From Planctomycetota bacterium (lineage in GTDB: Bacteria; Planctomycetota; UBA8742; UBA2392): DNA of 64,000 nt. The position numbers and the translations under genes are program-made. The DNA lies in assembly GCA_020425605.1 (NCBI GenBank), contig JAGQRH010000001.1, forward strand, positions 92,650-156,649, given 5' to 3'. The notes under the pieces are model-generated. The model saw only the letters and a program-made list of their open reading frames with translations, ran no database searches and was not told the DNA's origin. Below, one piece after another: positions 15,202-24,796 of the stretch. Position 1 is the stretch's first letter; every line of letters starts with the position of its first letter.

Positions 15202-16233
15202 ATGGGCTACGACCTTGCTGCTATCTCCAATGCGCTGACTGACGGGCTGAAGGCCTTCGAGTCCGCAGCCGATGCCGACGCGCTGGAAAACGCGCGGCGT
15301 GAGTACCTTGGCAACAAGGGCCTCGCGAAGGCCATCCTGGGCGGCATCAAGGATGTCCCCAAGGAGCAGCGCGGCGAGTACGGCAAGGCCGCGAACGTTC
15401 TGAACGCGAAGCTCACCGAAGCCTTCAAGGCGGCGCAGGATCGCGTCGGCGCGGGCAAGCCTTCGGCGAAGCCCGGCATCGACCTGACGAAGCCCGGCAT
15501 GCGCCGCGAGATCGGCCACGCCCACCTGATCACCCAGACCATCGAAGAGATCGTCGAGATCTTCGGGCGCATCGGCTTCACACAGGTCGAAGGCCCCGAG
15601 GTCGAGGACGAGGCCCACAATTTCGACGCGCTGAACATCCCCAAGGGGCACCCCGCGCGAGAAGAGGCCGACAACTTCTACCTGCAGCTCAACGCGCCGG
15701 ACTGGGACGCCAAGCCGGTGCCGATGCTGCTGCGCAGCCAGACCAGCACCATCCAGATTCGCACGATGGAAAAGCAGCAGCCGCCCGTGCGCGTGATCGC
15801 CCCCGGCCGCGTGTATCGGCCGGACACGGTGGACGCGACGCACATGTACATGTTCCACCAGATCGAGGGGCTGGCGGTCGCCGAGGACCTGACGTTCGCC
15901 GACCTGAAGGCGGTGCTGGAACTGTTCGTGCGCGAGTACTTCGGCGCGGATACCAGGATGCGTTTCCGCCCGCACTACTTCCCGTTCACCGAGCCGAGCG
16001 CCGAGGTCGACATCGACTGCCAGATGTTCAAGCACCTGAAGAAACCCTGGCTGGAGATCCTCGGCTGCGGCATGGTGGACCCGAATGTGCTGAACGCCGT
16101 GGGCTACGACCCCGCAAAGTACACAGGCTTCGCCTTCGGCATGGGTGTTGAGCGCATCGCCATGCTGAAGCACCGCGTCGGGGATATCCGCCATTTCACC
16201 ACGAATGACATGAGGTTCCTCAGCCAGTTCTAG
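15202..16233 (+). CDS. pheS: Phenylalanine--tRNA ligase alpha subunit
   Basis: HNFDALNIP..HPAR, LLRSQTS, PGRVYR, HMYMFHQIEG, RFRPHYFPFTEPSAE and GFAFGMGVERIAM motifs. Confidence 0.98.
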   Translation: MGYDLAAISNALTDGLKAFESAADADALENARREYLGNKGLAKAILGGIKDVPKEQRGEYGKAANVLNAKLTEAFKAAQDRVGAGKPSAKPGIDLTKPGMRREIGHAHLITQTIEEIVEIFGRIGFTQVEGPEVEDEAHNFDALNIPKGHPAREEADNFYLQLNAPDWDAKPVPMLLRSQTSTIQIRTMEKQQPPVRVIAPGRVYRPDTVDATHMYMFHQIEGLAVAEDLTFADLKAVLELFVREYFGADTRMRFRPHYFPFTEPSAEVDIDCQMFKHLKKPWLEILGCGMVDPNVLNAVGYDPAKYTGFAFGMGVERIAMLKHRVGDIRHFTTNDMRFLSQF

Positions 16234-16236
16234 GGC

Positions 16237-16286
16237 GACAGGAGGCAGGAACTGCTTTCGTGCCACCTGCTTCCAGCCTCCTGACA
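16237..16286. repeat. Inverted heptamer element (GGCAGGA-type), empty
   Basis: GACAGGA GGCAGGA ... CCTGCTT CCAGCCT CCTGACA; 13-bp inverted repeat with one mismatch. Confidence 0.6.
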
Positions 16287-16312
16287 GGCAATGTTGTACC
16301 GCAGGAGTATCG

Positions 16313-16831
16313 ATGTACCGCATCCGCGTTGACAAGCAGTACTTCAACTTCTCATGCGCGCACTTCCTGCTGTTCAATGACGGCAGTCGCGAGCCGCTGC
16401 ATGGCCACAACTACTGGGCGTGGGTGGAAGTCGAGGGCGAGCTTGGGCCTGCCGGCTACGTGCTGGACTACATCACGTTCAAGCCCGTATTCCGCGCGCT
16501 GTGCGATGGGCTGGACCACAAGACGATCTTCCCGAAGCAGGCCGAAGTGCTGAAGATCGAGACAAAAGGCGAAAACATCGAGGTAACCCACGCGGACGGT
16601 AGCCGGTTCAGCAGCCCTGTGACCGACACACTTTTGCTGGATTTGCCCAATACTTCGACAGAACTACTCGCAAACTACCTTGCCAAAAGGTTATATGATG
16701 AGCTCGTGGAACGCGGAGAGTATCTGCACTTGCATGCCATCACGGTCGGGGTAGAAGAAGCCCCCGGCCAGCAAGGCATCTTCCGTTACGCTTTACCGCA
16801 CTGGGAGAAGGGGGCGAATCGTGGCAGCTAA
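16313..16831 (+). CDS. 6-pyruvoyl-tetrahydropterin synthase family protein, PTPS-III type
   Basis: FSCAHF, REPLHGHNYWAWV (Glu instead of the catalytic Cys), LDHK and NTSTELLA motifs. Confidence 0.85.
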   Translation: MYRIRVDKQYFNFSCAHFLLFNDGSREPLHGHNYWAWVEVEGELGPAGYVLDYITFKPVFRALCDGLDHKTIFPKQAEVLKIETKGENIEVTHADGSRFSSPVTDTLLLDLPNTSTELLANYLAKRLYDELVERGEYLHLHAITVGVEEAPGQQGIFRYALPHWEKGANRGS

Positions 16832-17150
16832 GGAATCGGTCTCGATCACCTACTATGTCGGCGTCATAAACGTCATTCTGGCCGCCATTTGGGCTGCGCT
16901 GTACGTATTCGGGATCATTGGCGACAGCTCCATTACTTCGCCGACGGCTACCCCGTTCTATGTAGGTACGCTGTTCGCTGTGGGCTTCGGCCTGGTTTTC
17001 CCATCGTTTGAGAAGACGATGGCGGGCAAGACCAAGATCAACACCGGTATCTTCATGTCTGTCGTGGCGCTAACAACCTACGCGGGCCTGGTGGCGATCT
17101 ACTTCCTGCGCAGCAGCCTTGTCATGTACGACATCACCCAGTTGTTCTAA
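16821..17150 (+). CDS. Hypothetical membrane protein (3 TM)
   Basis: Hydrophobic ORF overlapping the upstream gene and abutting the downstream gene. Confidence 0.65.
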   Translation: MAAKESVSITYYVGVINVILAAIWAALYVFGIIGDSSITSPTATPFYVGTLFAVGFGLVFPSFEKTMAGKTKINTGIFMSVVALTTYAGLVAIYFLRSSLVMYDITQLF

Positions 17151-18374
17151 GTGACGGTTGCATTCGATGTCATCGTAATCGGCGGCGGGCTCTCCGGGCT
17201 GATGGCCGGGCTGACGGCGGCCGAGCGCGGTCTGTCGACGCTCGTGCTGGATCGCAATCCTGGCGTTGGCGGCAAGTACTGCTACACCTCCATGGGCGCC
17301 GCCGCCCTTACCAACACTGGCATGGGTCTGGACCGCTTCCACGGGCGAGATATCCGGTTCGTTACGGACGCCTTGAGCGCATTTGACGCGCCCGTCTTGC
17401 GCGGCTGGTTCGAAGAGCACGGCGTCCAGCTCGCGGATGCGGAATACTACGGGCTCGTCTGCCCGCCATCCGGGGGCGACGCTGTTGGCGCGTTGGTGGA
17501 AGCGCTCGAGTCGACCGGAGCGGAGCTGCGCACGGAGTGCGTGGTCACTGGCGTTGAGCGGGTCGACGGGGGCTTCCGGGTGCAGGCGGGCGAGCCGCTT
17601 CAGGCAAAGTCTGTTGTGCTTGCAGCCGGCGGGGCGAATCTGCCGCAGCTCGGCGGCGGCGACGACGGCTACCGAATCGCTGTTTCTCTGGGTCACCAGT
17701 GCGAGCCCGCCTACGCTGCACATGCAGGAGTCACCGTGGCGGAAACCTGGCCGACAACGCTGCCGGGCTTATGGATGGATGTCGAGCTCAGCCTCACGGT
17801 CGGATGCAAGCCGCTGAGGGACGCACGCGCCATCGGCAGCATGTTGTTCACCCAGTCGGGGCTGACCGGAGAAGCCGTCTTCAACATCTCGCGATACATC
17901 GGGCCGAACCTGGACGGCGGCCCTGAGCTGCACGTGAACTTCCACCCCGGCATGGAATTCGACGACGTCGCCCAGTGGCTGCACCGCGTATTCGGTGAGC
18001 GTACACGCGAGCCATCGGACCGGGCGATCGACTTCATGCTTCCCGCATCGTTGGGAAGCATTCTCCTGGCCCATCAGAAGGTGAAGCCGGGCGCACGGGT
18101 CATGCAGCTGCATGAGCGGCAGCGGCAGGGCCTTTTGACCGAGATGGTCGATACACGCCTGCGCGCCACCGGCACCCTCGGCATGCGTGCCGCGGAGAGT
18201 TGCAGCGGTGGGGTGCAGGTGCGAGAGGTGGACCCCCGCACCATGCAGAGCAAGCTGGTGCCCGGGCTCTACGTGGTTGGCAGGCTGCTAGACATCTGCG
18301 CCGACTGGGGCGGGTTTGAGCAGCATTTCTCGCTCGCCAGCGGGCGCCTTGCCGGGCTTTCCGTTCTGCAATAA
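17151..18374 (+). CDS. HI0933/BaiN-like flavoprotein (divergent)
   Basis: GGGLSGL dinucleotide fold, LAAGG...PQLGGGDDGY, LFTQSGLTG and GGV...VDPRTMQSK..PGLY motifs. Confidence 0.85.
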   Translation: MTVAFDVIVIGGGLSGLMAGLTAAERGLSTLVLDRNPGVGGKYCYTSMGAAALTNTGMGLDRFHGRDIRFVTDALSAFDAPVLRGWFEEHGVQLADAEYYGLVCPPSGGDAVGALVEALESTGAELRTECVVTGVERVDGGFRVQAGEPLQAKSVVLAAGGANLPQLGGGDDGYRIAVSLGHQCEPAYAAHAGVTVAETWPTTLPGLWMDVELSLTVGCKPLRDARAIGSMLFTQSGLTGEAVFNISRYIGPNLDGGPELHVNFHPGMEFDDVAQWLHRVFGERTREPSDRAIDFMLPASLGSILLAHQKVKPGARVMQLHERQRQGLLTEMVDTRLRATGTLGMRAAESCSGGVQVREVDPRTMQSKLVPGLYVVGRLLDICADWGGFEQHFSLASGRLAGLSVLQ

Positions 18375-18437
18375 CGCTGGACCGACGCCCGCGGCGGCGC
18401 TAGTCTTGTGCCTCCCCCGCCAGACCAAGGCTGTCCC

Positions 18438-19256
18438 ATGCAGAAGCTGATTCCAGCGCTATTCGCCTGTCTGATGCTCGCCGGCTGCGTCGGTGACCAG
18501 AGCCGCGGCAACCCGAACCGAGACGTCCTGCGAGGCATCGACATCGAGCACGAAGTCGAGCTTCATGGCGACTCCGGGCAGGAGATTGCCACGCTTTTCA
18601 ACACCGGGCGCATTGCCGATGCGAGGGTAGATACAGCGGGCAACACGATGGGCCTTCAACTGAACCAGTTTTACACGATCGAGATTGCCGAAGACCCTCT
18701 GCGCCCGACGGTACTGACCGCGGTCGGCTACATCCGGCGACTTGAGGAAGACCGCGGCAACCTTTTCATTTACGAATTCTATGACGGCGGCTGGGCGCGC
18801 ATCGGCTACATGAACCCGGAAGGCGCCGTTTACCGCTACGAGCGGCAGCGCGAGGAATTCGTCGGTCGATATGACCTGGATGCGGCCGTCCGCGCCCTGT
18901 ACTGGGCGCCGAGCGGATATGGCTACGACTCAGTGCTGCAGGACAAATCGCTGGTCAATCTCAAGGACGGTGACGTCGCGTCGGCCGAGCCCCGCTATCG
19001 AGGCGTGTACCACCGCTCGCACAACTCTGCGCCGCCGGTTGTTTCATTCTCGCTCAAGCGCGCGGGTGAGGCCGGCCTCCTGGCGGAACGCTACGAGAAG
19101 GGCCGCGCGGACGAGACATTCGATGAGAAGCTGAATCGTCTTCGTGAAGATCGCACCGGCGGCTTTGGCGACGACGAGACCTACGGCGGGCTGCAATACA
19201 AGAACGGCAACCCGGTCGACGACAACGGCCGTCCGCTCAAGCCCGGCAGCAAGTAG
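18438..19256 (+). CDS. Hypothetical lipoprotein
   Basis: MQKLIPALFACLMLAGC lipobox; followed by a terminator. Confidence 0.75.
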   Translation: MQKLIPALFACLMLAGCVGDQSRGNPNRDVLRGIDIEHEVELHGDSGQEIATLFNTGRIADARVDTAGNTMGLQLNQFYTIEIAEDPLRPTVLTAVGYIRRLEEDRGNLFIYEFYDGGWARIGYMNPEGAVYRYERQREEFVGRYDLDAAVRALYWAPSGYGYDSVLQDKSLVNLKDGDVASAEPRYRGVYHRSHNSAPPVVSFSLKRAGEAGLLAERYEKGRADETFDEKLNRLREDRTGGFGDDETYGGLQYKNGNPVDDNGRPLKPGSK

Positions 19257-19275
19257 GGCAGGACTCGGAATTCAC

Positions 19276-19308
19276 CAGGGGCGCGGATCTCCGCGCCCCT
19301 GTTCTATT
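19276..19308 (+). terminator. Rho-independent terminator
   Basis: caggggcgcgg-atct-ccgcgcccctg then ttctatt; lies between convergent genes. Confidence 0.8.
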
Positions 19309-19453
19309 CCCGCTTACGTTTCTCGCCCGGTGCCACGACAAGCCAGGTGAAGAAGAGCAGACAGTGAAGCACCACGCCCAGAACCCAGAAGCCGTGAACG
19401 AAATAGAGGGCCGTGATTGCAAAGAATGTGGCCAACCAGATCAGACGGTACAT
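19304..19453 (-). CDS. Small (49 aa) two-helix membrane protein
   Basis: Strong RBS AAGGAGG before ATG; MYRLIWLATFFAITALYFVHGFWVLGVVLHCLLFFTWLVVAPGEKRKRE. Confidence 0.65.
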   Translation of the reverse strand: MYRLIWLATFFAITALYFVHGFWVLGVVLHCLLFFTWLVVAPGEKRKRE

Positions 19454-19601
19454 TTGGGCCTCCTTCCGAGACGGATGCTGCCTCCGGCTCTGCTCCTTTC
19501 GTTTCCGGGTTGCCGGTCCTATCACCGGGCCCCGAATTAAGCCTATCCCGCGGCGGCGAGCCGCACGATGGGAAACGCTGCGAGGCTTTGGAATTGGCCT
19601 G

Positions 19602-20537
19602 CTAGGGGCTTTTCAGCAGAATTTCAGCCATCACGGGGAAGTGGTCAGATGGCTTCCGCCCATCGATTTCGTCAGCCAGAATTCCGTGCTGCTGCACCAC
19701 TACGTTCTGCACGAAAATGTGGTCGATGCGTCGCCCGGTCCAGCGTGACTCGCGGAACCCCATGAAGCTGTTGGCAGGGCCGAAATGGCCGGTGAGGGAC
19801 AGCCCATATGCGTCGCGCAGGCGGGTCAGATCGGTGAGTGTCTTCAGCGGCGGGCTGTCGGGGATGGTGTTCAGGTCGCCCAGGAGAACCACGCGCGCGT
19901 CTGGCGGCAAGTGATTCACGCGCTCAGCCACCAGCTCGGCCGAATGCTCACGCGCGGTGCTGCCGCGATGGTCGAAGTGGGTGTTGAACACATGTAGCTC
20001 AAGCTTCGTCTCGCGCTCTCGGAGATGGGCATAGACGACCGTGCGCGGGAAGGCGGCATCCCAGCCGGTGCTCGGCTCTGATGGCGTCGGCGACAGCCAG
20101 AAGGTCTCGTGGTCCAGCAGCTCAAGCCGCGAGTCGCGCCAGAAGATCGGGTCTGTCGCACCTGAGTCGCCGCCGTTGCTGCCGACCCCGACCCAGCGGT
20201 AGCCTTCGAGGCGATCCTCAAGGTCGGCGATCATCTCATGGCTGGCTTCCTGCGCGCCGACGATGTCCGCCTGGTGAAACCGGATCATCGACGCCACGAG
20301 GTCACGGCGGTAGCGCCATGCGTTGTCGCCATCCGATGAGCTGTCGATCCGGATGTTGTAGGTCATCACGCGGAGGGCGTTCCCGCTCAGCGGCTGAACA
20401 GGCGGTGGGGGAGGCGCGTTGCGCTTCTCGACGTAGACTCCCGCGCCGAAGGCCAGTACCAGTGCAAGAGCGCCGACCAGCATCGAGAGTGCGCCGAAAC
20501 CACGGGTGCTCCGCTTGGTGGCCTTGGGTTGAATCAT
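19602..20537 (-). CDS. Endonuclease/exonuclease/phosphatase family protein, membrane-anchored
   Basis: MTYNIR, GAQEA, FNTHFDH, LGDLN, IDHIF and SDHFPV motifs; N-terminal TM helix. Confidence 0.92.
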   Translation of the reverse strand: MIQPKATKRSTRGFGALSMLVGALALVLAFGAGVYVEKRNAPPPPPVQPLSGNALRVMTYNIRIDSSSDGDNAWRYRRDLVASMIRFHQADIVGAQEASHEMIADLEDRLEGYRWVGVGSNGGDSGATDPIFWRDSRLELLDHETFWLSPTPSEPSTGWDAAFPRTVVYAHLRERETKLELHVFNTHFDHRGSTAREHSAELVAERVNHLPPDARVVLLGDLNTIPDSPPLKTLTDLTRLRDAYGLSLTGHFGPANSFMGFRESRWTGRRIDHIFVQNVVVQQHGILADEIDGRKPSDHFPVMAEILLKSP

Positions 20538-20592
20538 CGACCCTTTAACGGGTGTCGCCGGCTGCGCACTCCGCAAATCCGGCCGGTCGGGC

Positions 20593-21096
20593 TCAGACCG
20601 TCTTGAACAGCTGGTGGTAGCGGACTTCACCCTTGCGGCCGGCAATCGCACCTGGAGTCAGTTCGGCGACCATCAGTACATCATCAGGTGCCTTGAACTC
20701 GCAGGTAATGCCGAACACCGACATGCGTTTGAACCCAAAGCGCGGGTAGAACCCTGGATGTCCCAGCACAAATACTACGTCCTGCCACGCACCGCGGCAG
20801 GCATCCAGCCCGGCTTCTACCAACCTGGTGCCGATGCCGGAATTCTGCTTGCGTGGTAACACAGCCATCGGGCCAAGTGCGATTGCCTGCCATGGCTCCG
20901 CGCCTGCGACGTCGACGGGCGTGAACAGGATGTGCCCGACGACGCGCTCGTCGACTTCGGCCACCAGCGAAATGAACGGCGTCACCTGGCCACGCAGCTT
21001 GTCGACGAGGTCCGCCTCAGCGGGTGTCTCAAATGCTGCTGCATTGACCGCGCGAATGGTCGGTATGTCCTGCGGCGTTTCCGGACGAATCAGCAT
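20593..21096 (-). CDS. GNAT N-acetyltransferase (YhbS-like)
   Basis: IRPET..D, VVGHILFT, LGPMAVLP..QNSGIG and VLGHPGFYPRFGF motifs. Confidence 0.9.
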   Translation of the reverse strand: MLIRPETPQDIPTIRAVNAAAFETPAEADLVDKLRGQVTPFISLVAEVDERVVGHILFTPVDVAGAEPWQAIALGPMAVLPRKQNSGIGTRLVEAGLDACRGAWQDVVFVLGHPGFYPRFGFKRMSVFGITCEFKAPDDVLMVAELTPGAIAGRKGEVRYHQLFKTV

Positions 21097-21129
21097 GTGC
21101 CGAACGATAGCGCCCGCGCTTGCGCCTTT

Positions 21130-21423
21130 CTACGCAGGGCCGGCGATCGCGTTGCCGTCGGGGCCTATGCGCTCGCGCAGCTTCTCGACCGTCTGCCGCA
21201 GCTTGGCCTCGGCGGCACTGGTGTCCACGCCGCGCAGGCGCAATGACTGGATCAGCACACGCACCACGCTGATGCCGATACGCGCCGTGCCCGGCGAGAA
21301 CTCGGCGTCGAGTGCGTTCTCGACCTTGCCCAGCACCTTCATCAGGAAGCGGTCCAGCCGGTCCAGCGTGGAATCAGTTTCATGCAGCGTCGCGGCAGGG
21401 GTTCGGAACTTCTTGTTGGACAT
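21130..21423 (-). CDS. Hypothetical helical protein
   Basis: GGAG RBS before ATG; amphipathic helical 97 aa; high-GC3 codons. Confidence 0.6.
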   Translation of the reverse strand: MSNKKFRTPAATLHETDSTLDRLDRFLMKVLGKVENALDAEFSPGTARIGISVVRVLIQSLRLRGVDTSAAEAKLRQTVEKLRERIGPDGNAIAGPA

Positions 21424-21613
21424 CACAATACTCCATCAGGTTTTCACACAAGGAGTATACCCACCATTGCGACATTCCCCGGAACCCGCCGGAAATGCGC
21501 AAAGAGCGACAGTGGGGTCTGCGAGCTGCAAGTGCAACGAGCACCAGGACACAATCGAACATCAGGACCATGAGCGGTATGCGCATGGCCCTGTGTCTCT
21601 GGAACGGCCGGTC

Positions 21614-23407
21614 TCATGCCATAGGAATCTTGACAGGGTTGGTGGTCGTCCTGTTGTAGCGCTTGGCTTCGCTGTAGCCGGCGTCTACGTGGCGGGCGAT
21701 TCCCATGCCGGGGTCATTGGTTAACACGCGCTCGATGCGTTTGTCGGCGGCTTTGGTTCCGTCGCAAACGATGACCTGGCCGGCGTGGAGGCTGTAGCCC
21801 ATGCCCACGCCGCCGCCGTGGTGGAAGCTTACCCAGGTTGCGCCTGAGGCCGTGTTCACGAGCGCGTTCAGGATCGGCCAGTCGGCGACCGCGTCAGTGC
21901 CGTCCTTCATGGCTTCTGTTTCGCGGTTGGGGCTGGCGACGCTGCCGCAATCGAGGTGATCGCGGCCGATCACGATCGGCGCCTTTAGCTTGCCTTCGCG
22001 CACGAGCTTGTTGAAGAGCAGCCCGGCCTTGTGGCGCTCGCCGTAGCCGAGCCAGCAGATCCGCGCCGGCAATCCCTGGAATTCGAACGAGTCGCGGGCC
22101 TGCTCGAGCCAGTTGATCAGGTGCTTGTTTTTGGGGAACAGCCTCTTGAGGGCGGCGTCGGTTGTGTAGATGTCCTGCGGGTCTCCGCTCAGCGCTACCC
22201 AGCGGAACGGGCCTTTGCCTTCGCAGAACAACGGACGAATGTAGGCCGGTACGAAGCCGGGGAAGTCGAACGCATCTTTCACGCCGGCTTCCAGTGCGTG
22301 GCCGCGCAGATTGTTGCCGTAGTCGAAGGTGTTTGCGCCCTTGCGCATCAGCGTCAGCATCTGCCGGCAGTGCTTGGCCATCGTGCGGAACGCCTGCTTT
22401 TCGTACGTCCGCGGGTCGGACTTGCGTAGCTTCAGCGCGTCATTCAGCGTCATGCGGTCCGGCACGTAGCCGTTCAGCGGGTCGTGTGCGCTGGTCTGGT
22501 CGGTCAGCAAGTCGGGGATGATTTTGCGCTGGATCAGCCGCTCAAGCAACTCGGTCGCGTTGCAGCAGACGCCGATGCTGACGGCCTCGCCGGTCTCCTT
22601 GGCCTTCAGCGCGCGGTCGATGGCGGCATCGACGGTGTCGGCCTGCTCATCCAGATAACGATCGTGCAGGCGCTTGGCGATTCTTGACGGGTCAACATCG
22701 GCCGCCAGAAAGGCCGCGCCGCACATCTTGGCCGCCAGTGGCTGGGCGCCGCCCATGCCGCCGAGCCCGGCCGTGACTACCAGCTTGCCCTTAAGCGTTG
22801 CCTTGTTGCCCCAATGCTTGCGAGCGGCCGCGGCAAAGGTCTCGTAGGTGCCCTGCAGGATCCCCTGCGTGCCGATGTAGATCCATGAGCCTGCGGTCAT
22901 TTGCCCGAACATCATCAGGCCGCGGTCACGCAGCTCATTGAAATGCTCCCACGTTGCCCACTTGGGCACCAGGTTGCTGTTGGCGATCAGCACGCGCGGG
23001 GCGTCCTCGTGGGTGCGGAATACGGCGACCGGCTTGCCGCTCTGGATCATGAGGGTTTCATCGACCTTCAGTTCCTGCAGTGACTTCAGGATGGCGTCGA
23101 AGCATTTCCAGTTGCGTGCAGCCTGACCGATGCCGCCGTAGACTACCAGCTCTGTGGGGTTCTCGGCGTTGGCAGGGTCAAGGTTGTTCATCAGCATGCG
23201 CAGCGGCGCTTCGGCCAGCCACGACTTGCAGTGCAGCTTGGTGCCGCGGGGGGCGTAGATCGGGCGTCGGCCCTTGCCCTTAAGCGCCTTCTCACCAAGC
23301 AGGGCGGCGGCGTCCGCCTTCTTGCCGGCGGGCTTCTTCGATGTCTTCTTGGTGGGCTTCTTCGCAATCTGTTTCGAAGTCTTCTTCGTCTTCTTCGTCG
23401 CGGGCAT
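21614..23407 (-). CDS. hutU: Urocanate hydratase with Lys-rich N-terminal extension
   Basis: [43 protein letters not shown] and HHGGGVGMG motifs; RBS GGAGG before ATG 23407. Confidence 0.97.
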   Translation of the reverse strand: MPATKKTKKTSKQIAKKPTKKTSKKPAGKKADAAALLGEKALKGKGRRPIYAPRGTKLHCKSWLAEAPLRMLMNNLDPANAENPTELVVYGGIGQAARNWKCFDAILKSLQELKVDETLMIQSGKPVAVFRTHEDAPRVLIANSNLVPKWATWEHFNELRDRGLMMFGQMTAGSWIYIGTQGILQGTYETFAAAARKHWGNKATLKGKLVVTAGLGGMGGAQPLAAKMCGAAFLAADVDPSRIAKRLHDRYLDEQADTVDAAIDRALKAKETGEAVSIGVCCNATELLERLIQRKIIPDLLTDQTSAHDPLNGYVPDRMTLNDALKLRKSDPRTYEKQAFRTMAKHCRQMLTLMRKGANTFDYGNNLRGHALEAGVKDAFDFPGFVPAYIRPLFCEGKGPFRWVALSGDPQDIYTTDAALKRLFPKNKHLINWLEQARDSFEFQGLPARICWLGYGERHKAGLLFNKLVREGKLKAPIVIGRDHLDCGSVASPNRETEAMKDGTDAVADWPILNALVNTASGATWVSFHHGGGVGMGYSLHAGQVIVCDGTKAADKRIERVLTNDPGMGIARHVDAGYSEAKRYNRTTTNPVKIPMA

Positions 23408-23467
23408 GTTCAACCTCCGCGCGCTTTTCTAGCAAGCGAAAGCGACAGCGGTAGGGGTGACGGATTG

Positions 23468-24796
23468 CTACTCGATGCGGGTGTAGTTGATGCGGCTGTT
23501 GTCTTTCCATGGCTCGAGGTAGCCGTTCTTGTCGGTGTCCTCGACATCGAGCCAGCCGATGGTCAACCCGTTCCTGCTGGCAACGAAGCCGCGCGCATTC
23601 AGGTCGAAGTCGGCGAGGCGATGGGTCTTCAGCGCGTGATCGAACAACAGGAGCTTTGAGCCCAGATTCCCCTGCTCAATCACCAGCAGCCCTCGGTCAA
23701 CGATCCAGCCGATGGAGTTGTAGTTATAGCGTGCACTGGGTGACCGCGAGTCATGGTGCTGTGCGTCGTCGACGATCAGTACCTCTGAGACCTGCCTGGC
23801 AACCGTTTCGGGGCCCCAGTAATTCCAGCGCTGGGTGCTGTCGTCCGGCTCGCTCGGCTCCTGGTGGCCGAAGAATGAGCCCTCTGCATTGACGACGATC
23901 CGCGAGCGGTGGCTTGCACCGTAAAGCGGAGCCTCCGAGCCGTCCTTCGGATCGAAGATAATGTGCACGGATGGGTCGAGCAGCGACGGCAGCGGCTCGT
24001 CGAGGTCTTCGTCGGGTACAACCATGCCCCAACGGTTCCAGCCCGGGGCCTTGGGTTTGTCATTTTCCGGTGGGTCCTGCCGCTCAATCAGGATCCGCCC
24101 GTCGTCGAGCACCATCTCCACATTGAAGCCACGCACGACCCTCGTGCGGTCACCGCGCACGAGGTTGATGCTGATGATCCAGCCGTTGGCGTCTTCTTCA
24201 CCGGCGCTTGCGACCAGCACTTCGCGGTCCTGATTCCAGACAGCGACGGGCGTGTCGCCGGGCTGCAGGCTTGCCACGTTGCGGAGATTGCCACCATCGC
24301 GGTTGCCCACCATCAGGGTCGCGTCATCCAGCTCGTCGATCGCGCCGTCTTCGTTCAAGTCGTAGCGCCGCGTAGTGAAAAGGATGCGTCCGTCTTCGAG
24401 GAACAGTGGCGGCGTAGAGTCGGCGCCGGTGTCGGCGACTTTGCTTTCGGCCTTGCTGGGTCCGACGGTGAACAGCGCGTAGGTGACGCTTGCGGGCTTG
24501 CCGTCCTTGCCGTCGGACTTGGCAACTTGCCTGTAATAGTAAAACCGTTCCCCGTCGGGGCTGATGACATGGTGCAGCAGTACACCAGGCTCGGTTGAAA
24601 GCGGCGTGGCGCGTGCGGCGCCCAATTTGGCCACCCACAGCTCAGTCTTGGGGTCGTCTTCCGGGCGTGGCTGCAGCGAGCCTTCTTTCTTCTTTGGCTC
24701 TTCTGGTGGCGGCTCGGGAAAGTCCTGGGCAAATGCCAGCACCACCAGCAGCGAGGCGCTGAGCGTTGCGGCAATCATCCATCGAAATCCGTTCAT
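23468..24796 (-). CDS. Exported TolB-like beta-propeller protein with Ca-binding (DxNxDG) loops
   Basis: Signal peptide; SPDGERFYY; DLNEDGAIDELD and DTDKNGYLE; start overlaps the kinase stop. Confidence 0.6.
   Translation of the reverse strand: MNGFRWMIAATLSASLLVVLAFAQDFPEPPPEEPKKKEGSLQPRPEDDPKTELWVAKLGAARATPLSTEPGVLLHHVISPDGERFYYYRQVAKSDGKDGKPASVTYALFTVGPSKAESKVADTGADSTPPLFLEDGRILFTTRRYDLNEDGAIDELDDATLMVGNRDGGNLRNVASLQPGDTPVAVWNQDREVLVASAGEEDANGWIISINLVRGDRTRVVRGFNVEMVLDDGRILIERQDPPENDKPKAPGWNRWGMVVPDEDLDEPLPSLLDPSVHIIFDPKDGSEAPLYGASHRSRIVVNAEGSFFGHQEPSEPDDSTQRWNYWGPETVARQVSEVLIVDDAQHHDSRSPSARYNYNSIGWIVDRGLLVIEQGNLGSKLLLFDHALKTHRLADFDLNARGFVASRNGLTIGWLDVEDTDKNGYLEPWKDNSRINYTRIE

Noticed and set aside
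19508-19531. Possible SAM-I riboswitch (GGCCC..UGA…GCAACC)
   Set aside because: Lacks AUC-aAGAG, the k-turn GA, GGUGC (here GGAGC) and the closing GAU; the downstream gene is not a sulfur/methionine gene.
21380-21586. 68-aa minus-strand ORF with a hydrophobic N-terminus between hutU and the 97-aa gene
   Set aside because: No clear RBS, overlaps the start of the downstream gene in another frame, and has no motif.
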